From Salpingoeca rosetta (lineage: Eukaryota > Protista > Choanoflagellata): a DNA stretch of 64,000 bases. The stretch's first letter is position 1. Every line of letters starts with the position of its first letter. This document shows, piece by piece, positions 1-18,347 of this stretch. The stretch is taken from the NCBI GenBank assembly GCA_033442325.1, contig JAWQFM010000002.1, forward strand, positions 1,207,473-1,271,472, in the 5' to 3' direction. The notes under the pieces are model-generated. The model worked only from the letters and a program-made list of their open reading frames with translations, ran no database searches and was not told where the DNA came from. A program made the translations under genes and the position numbers.

Positions 1-677
1 ATGACGGGTTAGAGGCGCGACGCTGGGCGGCCCTCTCCTCATTCGCTGCCCGCTTGTGTGCACGGTCGCTCTCGTTCTCAGTCAGCACGCGCATGATGGC
101 GCGCCAGTCAGCCTCGCTCACGTCCGCCTTCACCCGCCGCTTTGCGTTTCGACGAGCGGAGCGGCGGAGCGCTGCTGCTGCTTCATCTTCGCTCTCCTCC
201 CTGTTCTTCTTCGGTGTCGCTGGTGCTGCACTACACGGGTCTGCTGTGGTTGTGTTGTGTCGTGTCGTCCCGTTGGGTGTGCGCTCACTACGCGTGCTTG
301 TTCGTGCCTTTCCTCCTCCCTCCTCCTTCAGTCTGCCTCCACGGTGCCTGCTGCCCCGCTTCTTCACCGCAGGTGTCGACACGCCGGCCGTCTCTTCGCC
401 CTCTTCATCGTTGCCCACAACACCAGCACCCCCACTGCCTTGCATCAGCAGCGTGGGCTGCTCGGCGCGCCCGCTCCCCTTGGTTGCAGTCGCCATCGCC
501 ACGTACCGCTGCGTCATCATCCACGTTGACGCCCGGCTTCGTCCCCGCGCTTTCGTCGTCATCGTTGTTGTTGCTGGCGCTGCTGGCGTTGCCTTCTTGG
601 CTGAAGCGGTGGCAACTCTGCTCTTCTTTTTCTTCTTCTCCTCCGACATCGTCTTCTTGTTTTGATGTTTCTTACCC

Positions 678-736
<59 letters not shown>

Positions 737-1539
737 GGCGGACAGCGCCGCTGTTTTCGCGCGCTTTGACGGGAGCGCCGACGATTCGGCCCCACCGGAG
801 GACTCGGCTATTGGAGATGGCTCGATCCCGTAGTTTGCGGCATCATCATCGTTAAAGAAGTCACCATCAAACCCCAGTGCATCATCGTCACCGTCACTGT
901 CATCATCAACGCTGCCATTGACAGCAAGCTGCAAGGGTGGTGCTGCCTGTGCAGCGTGCTTCTCCCTGCTCTTCGCCTTCGCCTTCGCCTTCGTCATCAT
1001 CATCATCATCTTCTTCTTCTTGTGCTCCTTCTGTGTGGCTATCGCTGCGGTGGTGCTGGCGGCTGAGCTGGTGGCACCATCCGCGTCCCCACCGGTGACC
1101 TGCTGCGCCTCCAACTGCAGCTGCTGCGCCAGACGCTTCGCGCGCCGGCTGCCTCTGATCATACCGGCATCCTCCTCTTCTTCCTCTTCGTCATCGTCCA
1201 GCGACCAGTCGCTACTCGAGCTCACGTCCAAATCTGAGTCATCATCAGCAGCATCGCCATCATCATCATCGTCGTCGTCGACAACGAAGTCATCAACATC
1301 ACCTCCGTAGCGCGCCCTCGCCCTTCTTGCTTGCGCTGCGCTCTGTTGCTGTTGATGGTGTTGGCGCCGCAACAGCTGATTGCGGATGCGCGGGCTTTGG
1401 CGCACGGGCCCATCGCTCACTGTCACTGCAGCGGCTGTCAAGGCGTCCCGTGTTCGCTGCTGTTTCGGTTGGGTCTTGCGTGGCCCGGGGCGTGTTTGTT
1501 TCCCCCTTGCCTGCCTTGCCACACGTTTCTTCCTGCTGC

Positions 1540-1592
<53 letters not shown>

Positions 1593-3664
1593 GTTGTTGT
1601 GGTGGCACCGGAGGCCTGCCCACGCTTCCTTCCCCTTGTTGATGACGATGGCTTACGTGGCGTCTTGGCGCGTGGTGTCTTCGTCTGCGGTGTCTTGTGT
1701 GGTGTCTTCTTCCGTCGCCTGGGTTGTCCTGGGAGTGGTGGAAGCTTCAAAGGCGTCAGCGGCTCGTATGTCCCATCCTCCTTCTGCGCCTTCTCGCACG
1801 CCTTGATCAGGCCAGCAATGGGCGCAGGATCGCACACGGGGCAGCGCCACCACACGCCCTGCTGCGCGCGTGCTGCATACGAGGGCCCCACGTGCCGGTG
1901 CAGGCACAGCGAGCAGAACATGTATGGGCAGAACTCTGGGCTGTATGGGTCGGTGTTCTTGCTGCTGCCGCACGGTAGCAGGCCCACGCGCGTGTTGCAC
2001 CAGGCGCACACGGTGTAGCGCCAGCCAGTCCTCTTCAGCCGCTTGCGCTGCTTTGAGCGGATGCGCGTGTTGCACTCGTCGCACAGCAGCACACGCAAGG
2101 TTGGGTGGCACCGCGCCGGCTTGGACGGCTTGCCGCAGAGCGTGCACGTGCGATGCAGGGGCTCTGTGGACAGCAGCAGTTGTCCAGGGGTGCGAGATGG
2201 GGGCGTATGGGCAGGATATGCGCCGGTGTCTGGGTGGCCGCTGCTGCTGCGTGACGCTGCTGGCGACGCTCTGCTTGCTGTAGACTGAGGCGTGAACAGC
2301 ACTGACAACAGCTGTGCGGAGATGGATGGCGAGCTCAGTCGTGATGCTGCGGGTGGTGTGCTGCAGCCACCGGTTGCGGTTTGTGACGATTGTGTTGCTG
2401 CTGCTGTCGACGCTGGTGCTGGTGCTGGTGCTGAGGAAGAGGCGGAGGAGGCTTGGGAGGATGTTGGCTGGCTCGGGTTAGCGTCGCTGGGTGTGCCGCC
2501 AAGGTCCTGGCTTGAGGGTTGAGAGCTGGGTTGGTTGTTGTCGTCGCCACGAGCGCTGACGGAATCATTCGGGCTGGACTGCTTAGCGTCTTTGTGTTCT
2601 GTCGGGCCTGCTGTCTCCGTGCCTTCATCGACAGCCGTTGCTGCTGTTGTCCTCCTGTTTCCGCTCCCTGTCCCCTCCACCACATCCTCCTCTTCCTCGT
2701 CGTCCTCGTCGTCCTCCTCGTCGTCATCACCATCTTCTTCATCAGTGTCGTCTTTGCTGTCGTCCTCATCCCCACCACCATCGCCATCCCCACCACCACC
2801 AGCGCCGGTGTGCTGGCCTGCTTCTTGCTTGCGTGCATCGCCGTCGTGGTGGTCGTCGCCATGGCTGCCACTGTCGCCAGCTGTGCCTGTGTCTTTGGGG
2901 TTCCTGGCGCTATCGCCAGTGTTTGCTGCACCCCCATTGCTTGCGGCGCTCTCGCTCACACTTGATTGCAGGGCAGCCGATACAGCGTCGCTGGGCGCTT
3001 GCTGCGTGGACATCGCGCTGGTGATGCTCTTGCGGCCAAAGTGGGACGCCCAAATGGATGTCGGTGTTGGGATTGCAGGAGGCGCGCGGTGGCTCGTGGC
3101 TCGGTTCCCGCCCTTTGCGCGGCTGAAGGAGGAGCCAAACGGTGTTGCAGAGGACACGAAGAGAAAGGTGTCTCCGGCAAAGGTGATGTAGTCGTAATCG
3201 TAGTCGTCAGGTGTCGAGGTGCTTGATGACGGTCGCCTTTCACGTGTGGAAGAGGCGCGAGTCCCGTTGGAAGCAGCTGAGCTTCGTTGTGGCGCGGCGC
3301 TGCTACTGCTGGTACGGGAAGCAATTCGACACAGCTCCCACACTCCACCAGCGCTCGCCTTGTCCTCGTAGGCGTTCTGCTGGCACTGGTGCTGCTTCTG
3401 CTGCCGTGAGCCTGTGGCAGCAGTGTCGACAGCACTGGTGGAGGTGGTGGGGGAGTCCTCACCTGACAATACAGCGCTGTGTTGCTGCTGGTGTCCTGGC
3501 GCGGTGACGTGTGGTGTTGTTGAAAAGTGGTCTTCAGTGTACACAGCGGCTGTCGCGTTGCTGCTGTTGCTGCTGTTGCTGTTGTTGGGGGTGTGCTTGC
3601 TGGTAGCTTGAGTGCTATTCACAGGTGTATCTGGGCCCGTCTCCGTCAGCTCTGAAGAAAGCAT
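1..3664 (-). CDS. ATRX-like ADD-domain chromatin protein, N-terminal part (3' end lies outside the window)
   Basis: Minus-strand frame from ATG 3664 (MLSSELTETG...) that was open at every stretch I translated down to the window edge; it is absent from the ORF track, consistent with having no stop. At ~1795-2150 it reads CTLCGK..HPTLRVLLCDEC..CAWC..LLPC..CPYMFCSLCLHRHVG..WRCPVCDPAPIAGLI, the GATA-like plus PHD pattern of the ATRX/DNMT3 ADD domain. It is flanked by acidic, basic and poly-Q low complexity. No SNF2 helicase domain is visible inside the window. Confidence 0.75.
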
Positions 3665-4177
3665 CTGCACGGCTGACCGCCAGCCAGCACCACCACTGTC
3701 TGCTGTTGTGCGGTGCGGGCTTTTGTCTCTCTCTTGTGTCTTGTTGTGCGTTGTTTTGTGTGCAGTGTCGTGTTTTGCACTGCTTTTTTGTTTGGTGTGT
3801 GTTTGTGTTTGGTGTGAGTGGTGTGGTGTGATTGCGTGCGTGTGTTGTGAGTGGTTTGGTGTGTGTGCGTGTGCGTGCGTGTGCGTGCGTGTGTGTGAGT
3901 GTGTGTGTTTCTTTTCCTTCTCAACTTTTCATCTCTTCTCTCCTCGTCCTTTTCGTAGCTTGTTTGTCTTGCCATGGCTTTCATTCGTGTCACACAAGCA
4001 ACAAGCAACAACGAGCAACACATGGAAATGATGTCTACACCACTGTCGGTCTCAGTGTGCACACACGGTCTTAGACACGCACACGCACGCACAGACACAG
4101 CCATCGACACAAACACAGACAGACACAGACACAGACACACAAAGACACACGCAAACAACAGACAAACAAACAGACCA

Positions 4178-6156
4178 TCACGCCTGCTCGGTGGCTGCAT
4201 CTTCTTCTGCCTGGCCCGGGACAACGCCGGCCTGTAGTTGCGCCTCGAGCTTCTGAATCTCCTCGAGCGAGCCCGCCTGCGCAATCGCAGCCTGGATCTT
4301 CTTCGCAGCAGCAGCCTTCGCCTTGGCCGCCGCCTCCTTGCGCTGCTTCTCCTGCTCGGCCAGCACAGCCTCGGCCTCGTGCCTGCAGGCAGTGACGAGA
4401 GGAGGAAGAGCAATTGGACGTGGATGGGGATTGGGAAGTGAGGGAAGCGGAAAATAGTGGATGCGGGTGGTGGTGGAAGCGGGTGAGCACACGCGTGCAA
4501 TTGTAAGATGGCATGCAACTCGCAACGGTACTGGGGAATTGGCGACAACGACATGTACGACAAAAGACAAGCACTCAAGTTGTACACAACAAAACACACA
4601 CGCGCACGCTGCAGCAAAGAGGTAACAGCGCACCTTGCTGCATGTGAGAGAATGTCCTTGAGCATGGCCTGTCCGTCCTCAGAACCAAAGAGGCGCTGCG
4701 CTTGTGTGCGCTCCTGTACACACCAGCACCACCAGCGTCGTGAGCAAGCAGCACAATTTGTGGGCTGTGTTGTGTTGTGTTGTGTTGTGTTGTGTTTGTG
4801 TTTGTGTTATTCTGTGTTGTTGTGTTGTGTTGTGTTGTGTTGTGTTGTGTTGTGTTGTGTTGTGTTGTGTTGTGTTGTGTTGTGTTGTGTTGTGTTGTGT
4901 TGTGAGTGTCGCGGACCTCTTCTCTGACGCGGGCAAAGTCGAGCACTTTGAGGTTTGGCATGTGGTAGATGACAAACAGGCGGTAGTTGTCCTGTGCTGC
5001 AACAGGATTCCGCAGCAGTCTGCAGTGGAGGGGAGAGGATGGTGGGTGGTGGGTGGATGAGACAGACGAGCGGCACAGACAGCGTAAGGTGAGAAGCAAC
5101 CGCAGCTTCAGACGTTCGAAGGAGTGGGTGCAATGAACACGGTACGACCTGCACCACAAACACACTCAAAGAACCAAACACACTCACAACCAAACACACA
5201 CGCACACGCACATACGAGCACACGCACATACACGAGCACACACACGCACATACACACACGAGCACACACACATACATACACATGCACACATATGAACGCA
5301 CGTGAGGTGGTTGATTTTCTTGCAGGAGAAGAAGGGCTCGAGGTCACCGAGCTCGGCAATGCTGTTGTTTGTGAGGACGACCGCTTCAAGGTTGGGAAGC
5401 ATCTCCGACAGCTTCGGCGCCACCCGCCTGGTGCCATTGCATGTAAGCAGCGTAAGGGCGAGCACACGGCGTGGTCACTGCTTTGCATGCTTGACATGTA
5501 CCCCTGCGCGCACACACACTCACATGCACACACACACACACACACACAACATTCACGCATACACGCACACATTCACACGCGCAACCGGACACACACACAC
5601 ACACATGTTCATTCGCCACTCACAAGATTCTGTTGTTGTTGAGGAGGAGTGTGTTGAGGCGCTTGAGGTGTGGGAAGCCGTCGAGGGATCGGATATCGTT
5701 GTCGGAAAAGTCGATTGTGTCAAATTGATCCTGTTGAGTGAGGTGCACGTCATGGATGCATAAGGATGAGCACAGACGTATCACGGTTGCAGTGTGAGGT
5801 GTGGTTGGTCGCGCTTGGTTGTGTGCGGGTGTGTGTGCGGGTGTGTAAGTGAGCATACGGTTGTGTGCGAACACAAACGTACCAGTGTGGCACCCAGATT
5901 CTCGATGACCTGGATCTTGTTGCCTGTCGAAGAGAAGCACGCAAAGCAGCATCAAACACACAAGCTTGAGCGCGCTGCATGCAACCACAACACACAGGCA
6001 TGACATGGAGACTGCAGGAACCAGAACAGTGCAACGCACAAAGCAGAGGGTACGGAGAAGACAGCACGGAGGAGAGGGCAGGGAGAAGGGAGAAGAGAGG
6101 GGGTGTCATTCACCCACACCCACACCCACGTTCACGCACTCACACGTGCACGTACC

Positions 6157-6193
<37 letters not shown>

Positions 6194-6315
6194 ACACAAC
6201 GCACACGTGTACACATCGACAAGCAAGCAAGCGCACCTCGCAAGTCCAGTTCCCGCTGCTTGAGCGGGTTTGTGAACTGCGGTGACATGAGGATCAGGTC
6301 TGCATTCAGCTTCAT
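4178..6315 (-). CDS. SNRPA1: U2 snRNP protein A' (leucine-rich repeat), spliced, about 7 exons
   Basis: Exons read MKLNADLILMSPQFTNPLKQRELDLRG / NKIQVIENLGATL / DQFDTIDFSDNDIRSLDGFPHLKRLNTLLLNNNRI / LPNLEAVVLTNNSIAELGDLEP / NPV..DNYRLFVIYHMPNLKVLDF / ..IQAAIAQAGSLEEIQKLEAQLQAG*. This is the diagnostic U2A' sequence. Confidence 0.96.
4767..4902. repeat. (GTTGT)n pentanucleotide microsatellite in a U2A' intron
   Basis: Directly visible tandem repeat. Confidence 0.95.
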
Positions 6316-6646
6316 GGTTGGTGGTTGTGTCTGGGTATGTGTTAATGTGTGCGTGTGTGTGTGTGTGTGTGAATGAATGTGATAATGTGTGCGTGTGTGT
6401 GTGTGTGTGCTGTGGCGTTTGAAGGGTCGTCCGCGTTTCAAAGGACAAGGAACGAGAGGTGGTTGATCGATCACACTGCTGGGGCCAGCAAAGCTGTTGT
6501 CACACTGCACGCTGCTGGGGTTGGTGCTGGGGTGGTGGTGGTTCCACTGGCTGGCTGTGTGTTCGTTCGTGCGAGGTGTGCGATGCGGATATGCGTTCAT
6601 TTTCGCTGCCCCTCAAATTGTTTCATTTCCCTCATTTCTCCACATC

Positions 6647-6657
6647 GATGACTCATC
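6647..6657. promoter_or_regulatory. Extended AP-1/GCN4-type site GATGACTCATC in the U2A'/bZIP divergent promoter
   Basis: Perfect ATGACTCAT core about 160 nt upstream of the bZIP ATG. Function is inferred only. Confidence 0.35.
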
Positions 6658-6816
6658 AGCACAACTGACACAACAAGCAAGAAGGCAGACGAGGCAGCCA
6701 GCCAACAACCACAAAGACACATCGTCCGCGACCTTGTGCCTGCCCACCTTGTGCCTCTCTGCTGCGTTACTTCGCAGCCACCACCGCTAAACAACCTGCC
6801 TCCCCTCCCCCTTGCA

Positions 6817-7641
6817 ATGGCGACAACACGGGGTAGCGCGACTGCCACGCCGACGCCAACGACGACGACGACGACGGCGGCGGCGAGTAGTGGGAACAGC
6901 AGCAGCGACACAGCCATCAAGCTGCCAACGCCAACACCAGCCATTTCCTCGTCATCATCATCATCACAGCACACCACCACAAAGGCGTCGGCGTCCTCAA
7001 CAACAGCGCCGCCTCCTCCGCCACCCACCTCACACACATGTACGTGGGTGGCTGTGCTTGCTTCGTGCTGGTAGTCGTTTGCGCTGTGGCTGTTGTGCAT
7101 GGTGTAGTCTGTTGCTGCGAATCCGTGCCACAATGTGTGCCAACAGCTCGTTGCACATCCACTCACCTGTGCTCGCACCCGCACGCACGCGCAATTGCTA
7201 TCACACGCACACACACACGCACACACGCACACAATGAATTACATGCACAAATTATCTTCACGCACACACACACACACACCTCTCGCACATCCTCACACAA
7301 TATAACACATACACACACATCCACACATTCACACACACACATCCACACAATCACAGTCACGCTGCCGATGCATGTGCTGAGGTCACCCCAGTTTCAAAGC
7401 ATGATGGGCCGGAAGCCGTCAATCAACTCACCGAGCGCAGCTGTGTGGAAGTCCGAGGGGATGGCAGTGTCCATTGTCTCGCCCGAGCTCAGCTTCGTCA
7501 ACATGGGATTCACGCCGCCTGGCATGGGCCTTGGAACCCCATCGTCAGCATTTCTTCCCGCCGCCACACCGTCCGATAACGCAAGCACAGCCCGCAGCAG
7601 CAGCGACCGCAACAGCACTAACCAAGCATCATCGTCATCGT

Positions 7642-7680
<39 letters not shown>

Positions 7681-8381
7681 TGGCGCCGCGCGATGGTGCC
7701 AGCAACAGCAACAGCAACGGTGCATCCGTACAGCAGATGGAGGCCAACCCTTTCTCGCTCTCGTTTGCCAACGTCAATCGGTCCAGAAGCATTGACAGCA
7801 ATGGCAGCGGCGCTGTCGTTGCCCCTGCGACTGCGGTGACTGAGGCCAACCCGTTCTCGTCCATGTTTGCGCGGGAGAATGCCAAGCGCAAGGCGCCTGC
7901 GGCGAGGTCTGCGGCCGGCGCAGCCACGACAGTGACGGCACGCCGATCAGGCAGACCGACAACCAGGAGCATGACTGGGACGCGTGGCAGCAAGCGCGCC
8001 AAGACAACGGCAAACGCGGGGCGATCAAAGCAAGGCAAGGGCTCTTCTACAGCAGCGACAAAGGCGCGAAAAAGCACGCGAGCAGCGGGCGGGGCCGCGC
8101 AAGTCACGGCCGGGCCAACGCCGCCGCCCAACGAGACGCCTGCGGAGAAGAAGAAGCGCTTGCGGCGGGAGAAGAACAGGATTGCAGCGGCCGCGTGCCG
8201 GCAGCGCAAGGTGCAGAAGGAGGCGCACCTGTCCAAGCTGCTTGATGGGCTGAAAAGCGAGCACGCCGAGCTTGCTGCAAGCGCCGCTGCGTTGGAATCT
8301 CAACTGCTAACACTCAAGGAGACTGCCATCGAACATCTCCAGGCATCTTGCACCGGCATTGACCTGTCATCCGCAACATGA
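6817..8381 (+). CDS. bZIP transcription factor of the AP-1/ATF group; exons 6817-7039 and 7357-8381
   Basis: Basic region and zipper EKKKRLRREKNRIAAAACRQRK..L......L......L......L......H at the C-terminus. A phase-1 intron (GTACGT..CACAG, 7040-7356) joins an S/T-rich first exon in frame. Confidence 0.88.
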
Positions 8382-8388
8382 TGTGTGT

Positions 8389-8448
<60 letters not shown>

Positions 8449-8807
8449 GTGCTTGCTTGCTGGCTTGCCTGCTTGCTCTGCTTGTGCATTCCCCTCCTTT
8501 CGCTCCTTTCGCTCGTCTCCTGCCTCTCCCTGCCTACGTTTATTGGGAGATGTACATAAATTTCCGTACTCGCAACAAGCTGGCTTATTCCCACCACGCT
8601 GCGCAAGGCAACAAGAAGCGAGCGTCAGCACTAACCACACACAGTGCATCAAGCAAGCAAGCGAGCGAGCGAGCCTCACTTGTCGTCCTTCCTTCCGTGC
8701 ACCGAGCGCAAGCAAACACCGCCAGCGAGAGACAGCAACCTTTCATTGGCGGGCCTTTTTGGTTTTTTGACCTCGTTTGTTGACTCGGGAAAACAAGAGA
8801 GCAAGAC

Positions 8808-9068
8808 ATGGCGCTGTCACAGGCGGTACTCGTGGTGATTGTTGTGGGGGCTGCGCTGTTTGCGCTGCTGTTGGCACACCTCATCATGTCTCGACGCCGG
8901 GATGACAAGCGACGAGGCGGGGCACCGGATCACGGCGATGACGAAGACGTTGAGCAACAACGGAAGCGTGCACACTCATCTGCAAACAAGAACGACAAGC
9001 CTCCGCGTCGCAACAGCCGCAGAGCATCCAGGCTCGCTGTGGTGCGTTTCCAACCTGGAAGACACGTC

Positions 9069-9099
<31 letters not shown>

Positions 9100-9492
9100 C
9101 TGTGTGTCTGTGTCTGTGTGTGTGTGTGTGTCTGTGTGTCTGTGTGTCTGTGTGTGTGTGTCTGTGTGAGAGCGTGCGTGTGTGTGTGTGTTGGGGATGG
9201 GAGAGGTGTCTGTGTCTGTTTCTGCACAGTTGTCTGTGTCTGTGTCTGTGTATGTGTGCGTGTGTGCGCGCGTGTGTATCTGTGACCCCCATGTGCACCT
9301 GTGACCTCTCATGTGTGTTTACTTTCTGGTATTCTCACGAATTGGCAACTCATGTGTTCCCTCTGCATCGCTCATTCTCACCAGGCACCGTCCGATACAG
9401 CAACCACGAGCAACCCCGTGTTTGAGCGACAACAAACAGCGGGGTCTGGCGTGCGCGTGACAGGGTTTGCCCGCCAAGACTCTTCATTGTAG
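8808..9492 (+). CDS. Small single-pass membrane protein (~113 aa); exons 8808-9041 and 9385-9492
   Basis: N-terminal hydrophobic helix AVLVVIVVGAALFALLLAHLIM followed by the basic stop-transfer SRRR. A phase-0 intron (GTGCGT..CCAG) gives the tail APSDTATTSNPVFERQ..RQDSSL*. Confidence 0.6.
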
Positions 9493-9684
9493 GCGCACTC
9501 GCCTCCCCGTCTGTTCTTTGGGAAGCGCTGTCGGCACTGAAGCCCGCAGTGCAAACTCTCCCTCTCTTTCATCTGCGTTGCCCTTCTGTCTCAAACACTT
9601 GTTGCAACGCATGTACATACCCCCTGCTATCGATTTTCCCCTTTTCTTTTAGTTGCACTGTCAATGCGTTGATGTGTGTGTGTG

Positions 9685-9767
<83 letters not shown>

Positions 9768-10017
9768 TTCATGCGTCCATACTTCAGTTGCCCCCCCCCC
9801 ACACGCATGTTTGCTGACGCGAACACGAATGCATACGCGTACACGTGCATGTGGTGCACACGCCTTTTCTTCCTCTTTCTGCTTGTTGCCTGCCCATTGT
9901 ATACACGCTACCAATACACAGTTACATATTTGACGCTTGGTGTTCTGATCGCACGTCAGCCAGCTAACTAGCCTACAACTCAGTCACCGCAACACTGCAC
10001 TGCGTGTGTTGTTGCGC

Positions 10018-15942
<5,925 letters not shown>

Positions 15943-16038
15943 GCGTTCGTCTTCGTCGTTGTTGTTCGTTGTTGTTGTTGTCCACTTTTTGTGCGTCTCT
16001 CGTTTCACTGACTGACTCACCACAAACAAACAAGCAAG

Positions 16039-17900
16039 ATGAGGACGATGTGTGCACGCTCGCTGGTGTCGGCGGTGCTGGTGGTGCTGGTGGTGCTGGT
16101 GGTGGCGCTGGGTGCAAAGGGGAGCACGGATGTGGCCGATGTGGCGGCGGAGACGCAGAAGGCGTTGAATCTGGCGGTCAACGACCGCATCGTGCTGCAG
16201 CGATGGAAGAAGGCTGTGGACGTGGCCGTGCTGGGCGAACCGCTGCTGTTCCGCAAGCCAACCAACGTGCTCACCAGCTTCCGGCTGCTGGCATCCAACA
16301 CCATCGTGCAAGCCGGGACGGCCAGTGGCAGCTGCTCCATCACCCTGGCCAATGGCAGGACATTCACCAACGTGTCGTCGGTTCAAGTCACCGTCAACCC
16401 CTTCTCCAAGACCCACCTCAGCGTCTTCAACGCCGACTACATTGCCACTCGGACAGGTGTGCGTGTGTATGATTCTGTGTGTAATTGTGTGTGTGTGTGT
16501 GTTTGAGGTTGTCGCCGATGAGCTGTTCAGAGGAGCTACTGGACGTAGCGCTGTTGTTATTGTTGCTGCTGCTGCCGCTTTTCTGGTTGCGGTGGTGCTG
16601 GATGGCACATTGTGGAACTGGATTGGGGCAGCAGTTTCACGCTCCACTTCGGGCTGTCCGCACAATTCCCAACTTGATCTTGAAGACGCATGAAAGCATG
16701 GACATGTGTTCGTACACTCACTCACACTTACAATTCACACTTACACTCACTCACACTTACATTCACACACACTCGCATACACACACATGCTCACTCGTTG
16801 CTGCTCCGTCCCCCTGACCCCGCCTTCTCCACCTTGCCCCCCCCCCTCCACCCACCTCTGCACGTCTTCTCGACACAGAACTATCCCTGGGCCGGCTGTT
16901 CCTGATGTTTGCGGGCGCGTTCTTGGTCGTCAACGCAGCCAGACTGTCTCGCCGCCTCACCGTCTACTATACGCTGACGTCCATGGCCATCTTCTTCACG
17001 GCCCTCATCTTCGTGTTCCTGTTCCTTCGCAAGACCTTCGGCAACCGCCTGGCATATGTGTTTGGCGCTTTGGGCAGCGTTGTCACCTTCATTGCGCTGC
17101 GCCTCGGCTTGTCCGTCGACTCCGTCCTGTGGGGCGCCGTGTGGGAGACTGTCTTCAACACCATCACGCTGCAGGAGGGCTACGAGACCGCGTTCATGGT
17201 TGCCGTGTGTGCGGCGCTGCTGTCGGTCGTGGTTGCTGCGTATCTTGGCCCGCCGTCGGAGAGCGCCATGAACGGGCTGCGTGTGTTCCTCATGGGCACT
17301 GGTGCAATTGCCTTTGCCCTCGGCACGAGTGACTACAGCCTGGGCATCCTCCTCGCCATCATTGGCAGCATCGTCGCCATCTTGGTGGAGAACGGAGCAG
17401 GCAATCCCCACGATGCAGCCGCCAACGCGGCCCACGCTGCCGCGTACCCGCTGCACATGGCCGCACACTCCCCGATGCCGTCTGCACCGACGTCGCCGCT
17501 GCCTGGCGCACCGCCACACCACGTCAATGGAAACGGAAACGGAAACGGTCACCACGCGCCTCGCCTCTACCACCGCTTTGCAGGCCACCACGACTCGCAA
17601 TACGCAACACCCGTGCACCAGCAACACCAACACCAACAACACCAGCAACACCAGGAGTACGCCCGGGATGCATCGGCGTCGTTCCTGTCGCCGTCGAACC
17701 AGCGGTATCACGAGCTCAAGTGCGAGCATCTCCGCCGCGACATTGCAGATTCGCCGAGCCGTGTGCTGCGGCGGCTGGAGCGTCGCCTGCCAGCCAACAT
17801 GCGCGAAGCATTTGCGTCCTTCTACGCCGACAATAGGGTGCTCACGCCACAGGCGTATGAGGTTGTGGCGGCCACCTACGAGGACGTGGCTGAGGACTGA
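16039..17900 (+). CDS. NEMP/TMEM194-family nuclear envelope membrane protein; exons 16039-16456 and 16879-17900
   Basis: Signal peptide, lumenal domain with VNPF, then about 5 TM helices including LSRRLTVYY and AYLGPPSESAMNGL (compare NEMP LSRS..FYY and YKYGP..ERS.N). C-terminal EHLRR..AFASFY..RVLTP resembles the NEMP tail. Confidence 0.75.
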
Positions 17901-18347
17901 AGCCAACGCGGACACTGTTGTTGATATGATGATGAAGAAGAAGACATGACAAAGGGGGTGTGTTTGTTTGTTTGTTTGTTTGTTTGTTTGTTTGTTTGTT
18001 TGTTTGTTTGTTTGTTTGTTTGTTGCTTGTTCATCTACTTGATGCTGCTTGTGCACTCTACTTGTGTGTATTGCTCGGATTACCTTTGTGGATGTTGGCA
18101 TTGGTTTCTTTGTTTACTTGCTGCAGTAAAAGGAAGCAACCTATGCTCGCACACCTCCGAAGCAGACACAAAATCCCACCTCTCAACGGTCACCTCGCTC
18201 TCGCCAACCTGACCTCAAGAGCCTTCCAACAACCACACACACACACACATACACAACCACAATCACACACAACTACAACAACAACCACACAACCACACAC
18301 CCACACAACCACACACAACCACACACACACACGCCTGGTGCCCTGTG

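Noticed and set aside
16500-16693. Hydrophobic ORF-like stretch inside the NEMP intron, as a possible alternative exon
   Set aside because: No homology, and the frame that looks protein-like is not compatible with the phase-1 donor at 16457.
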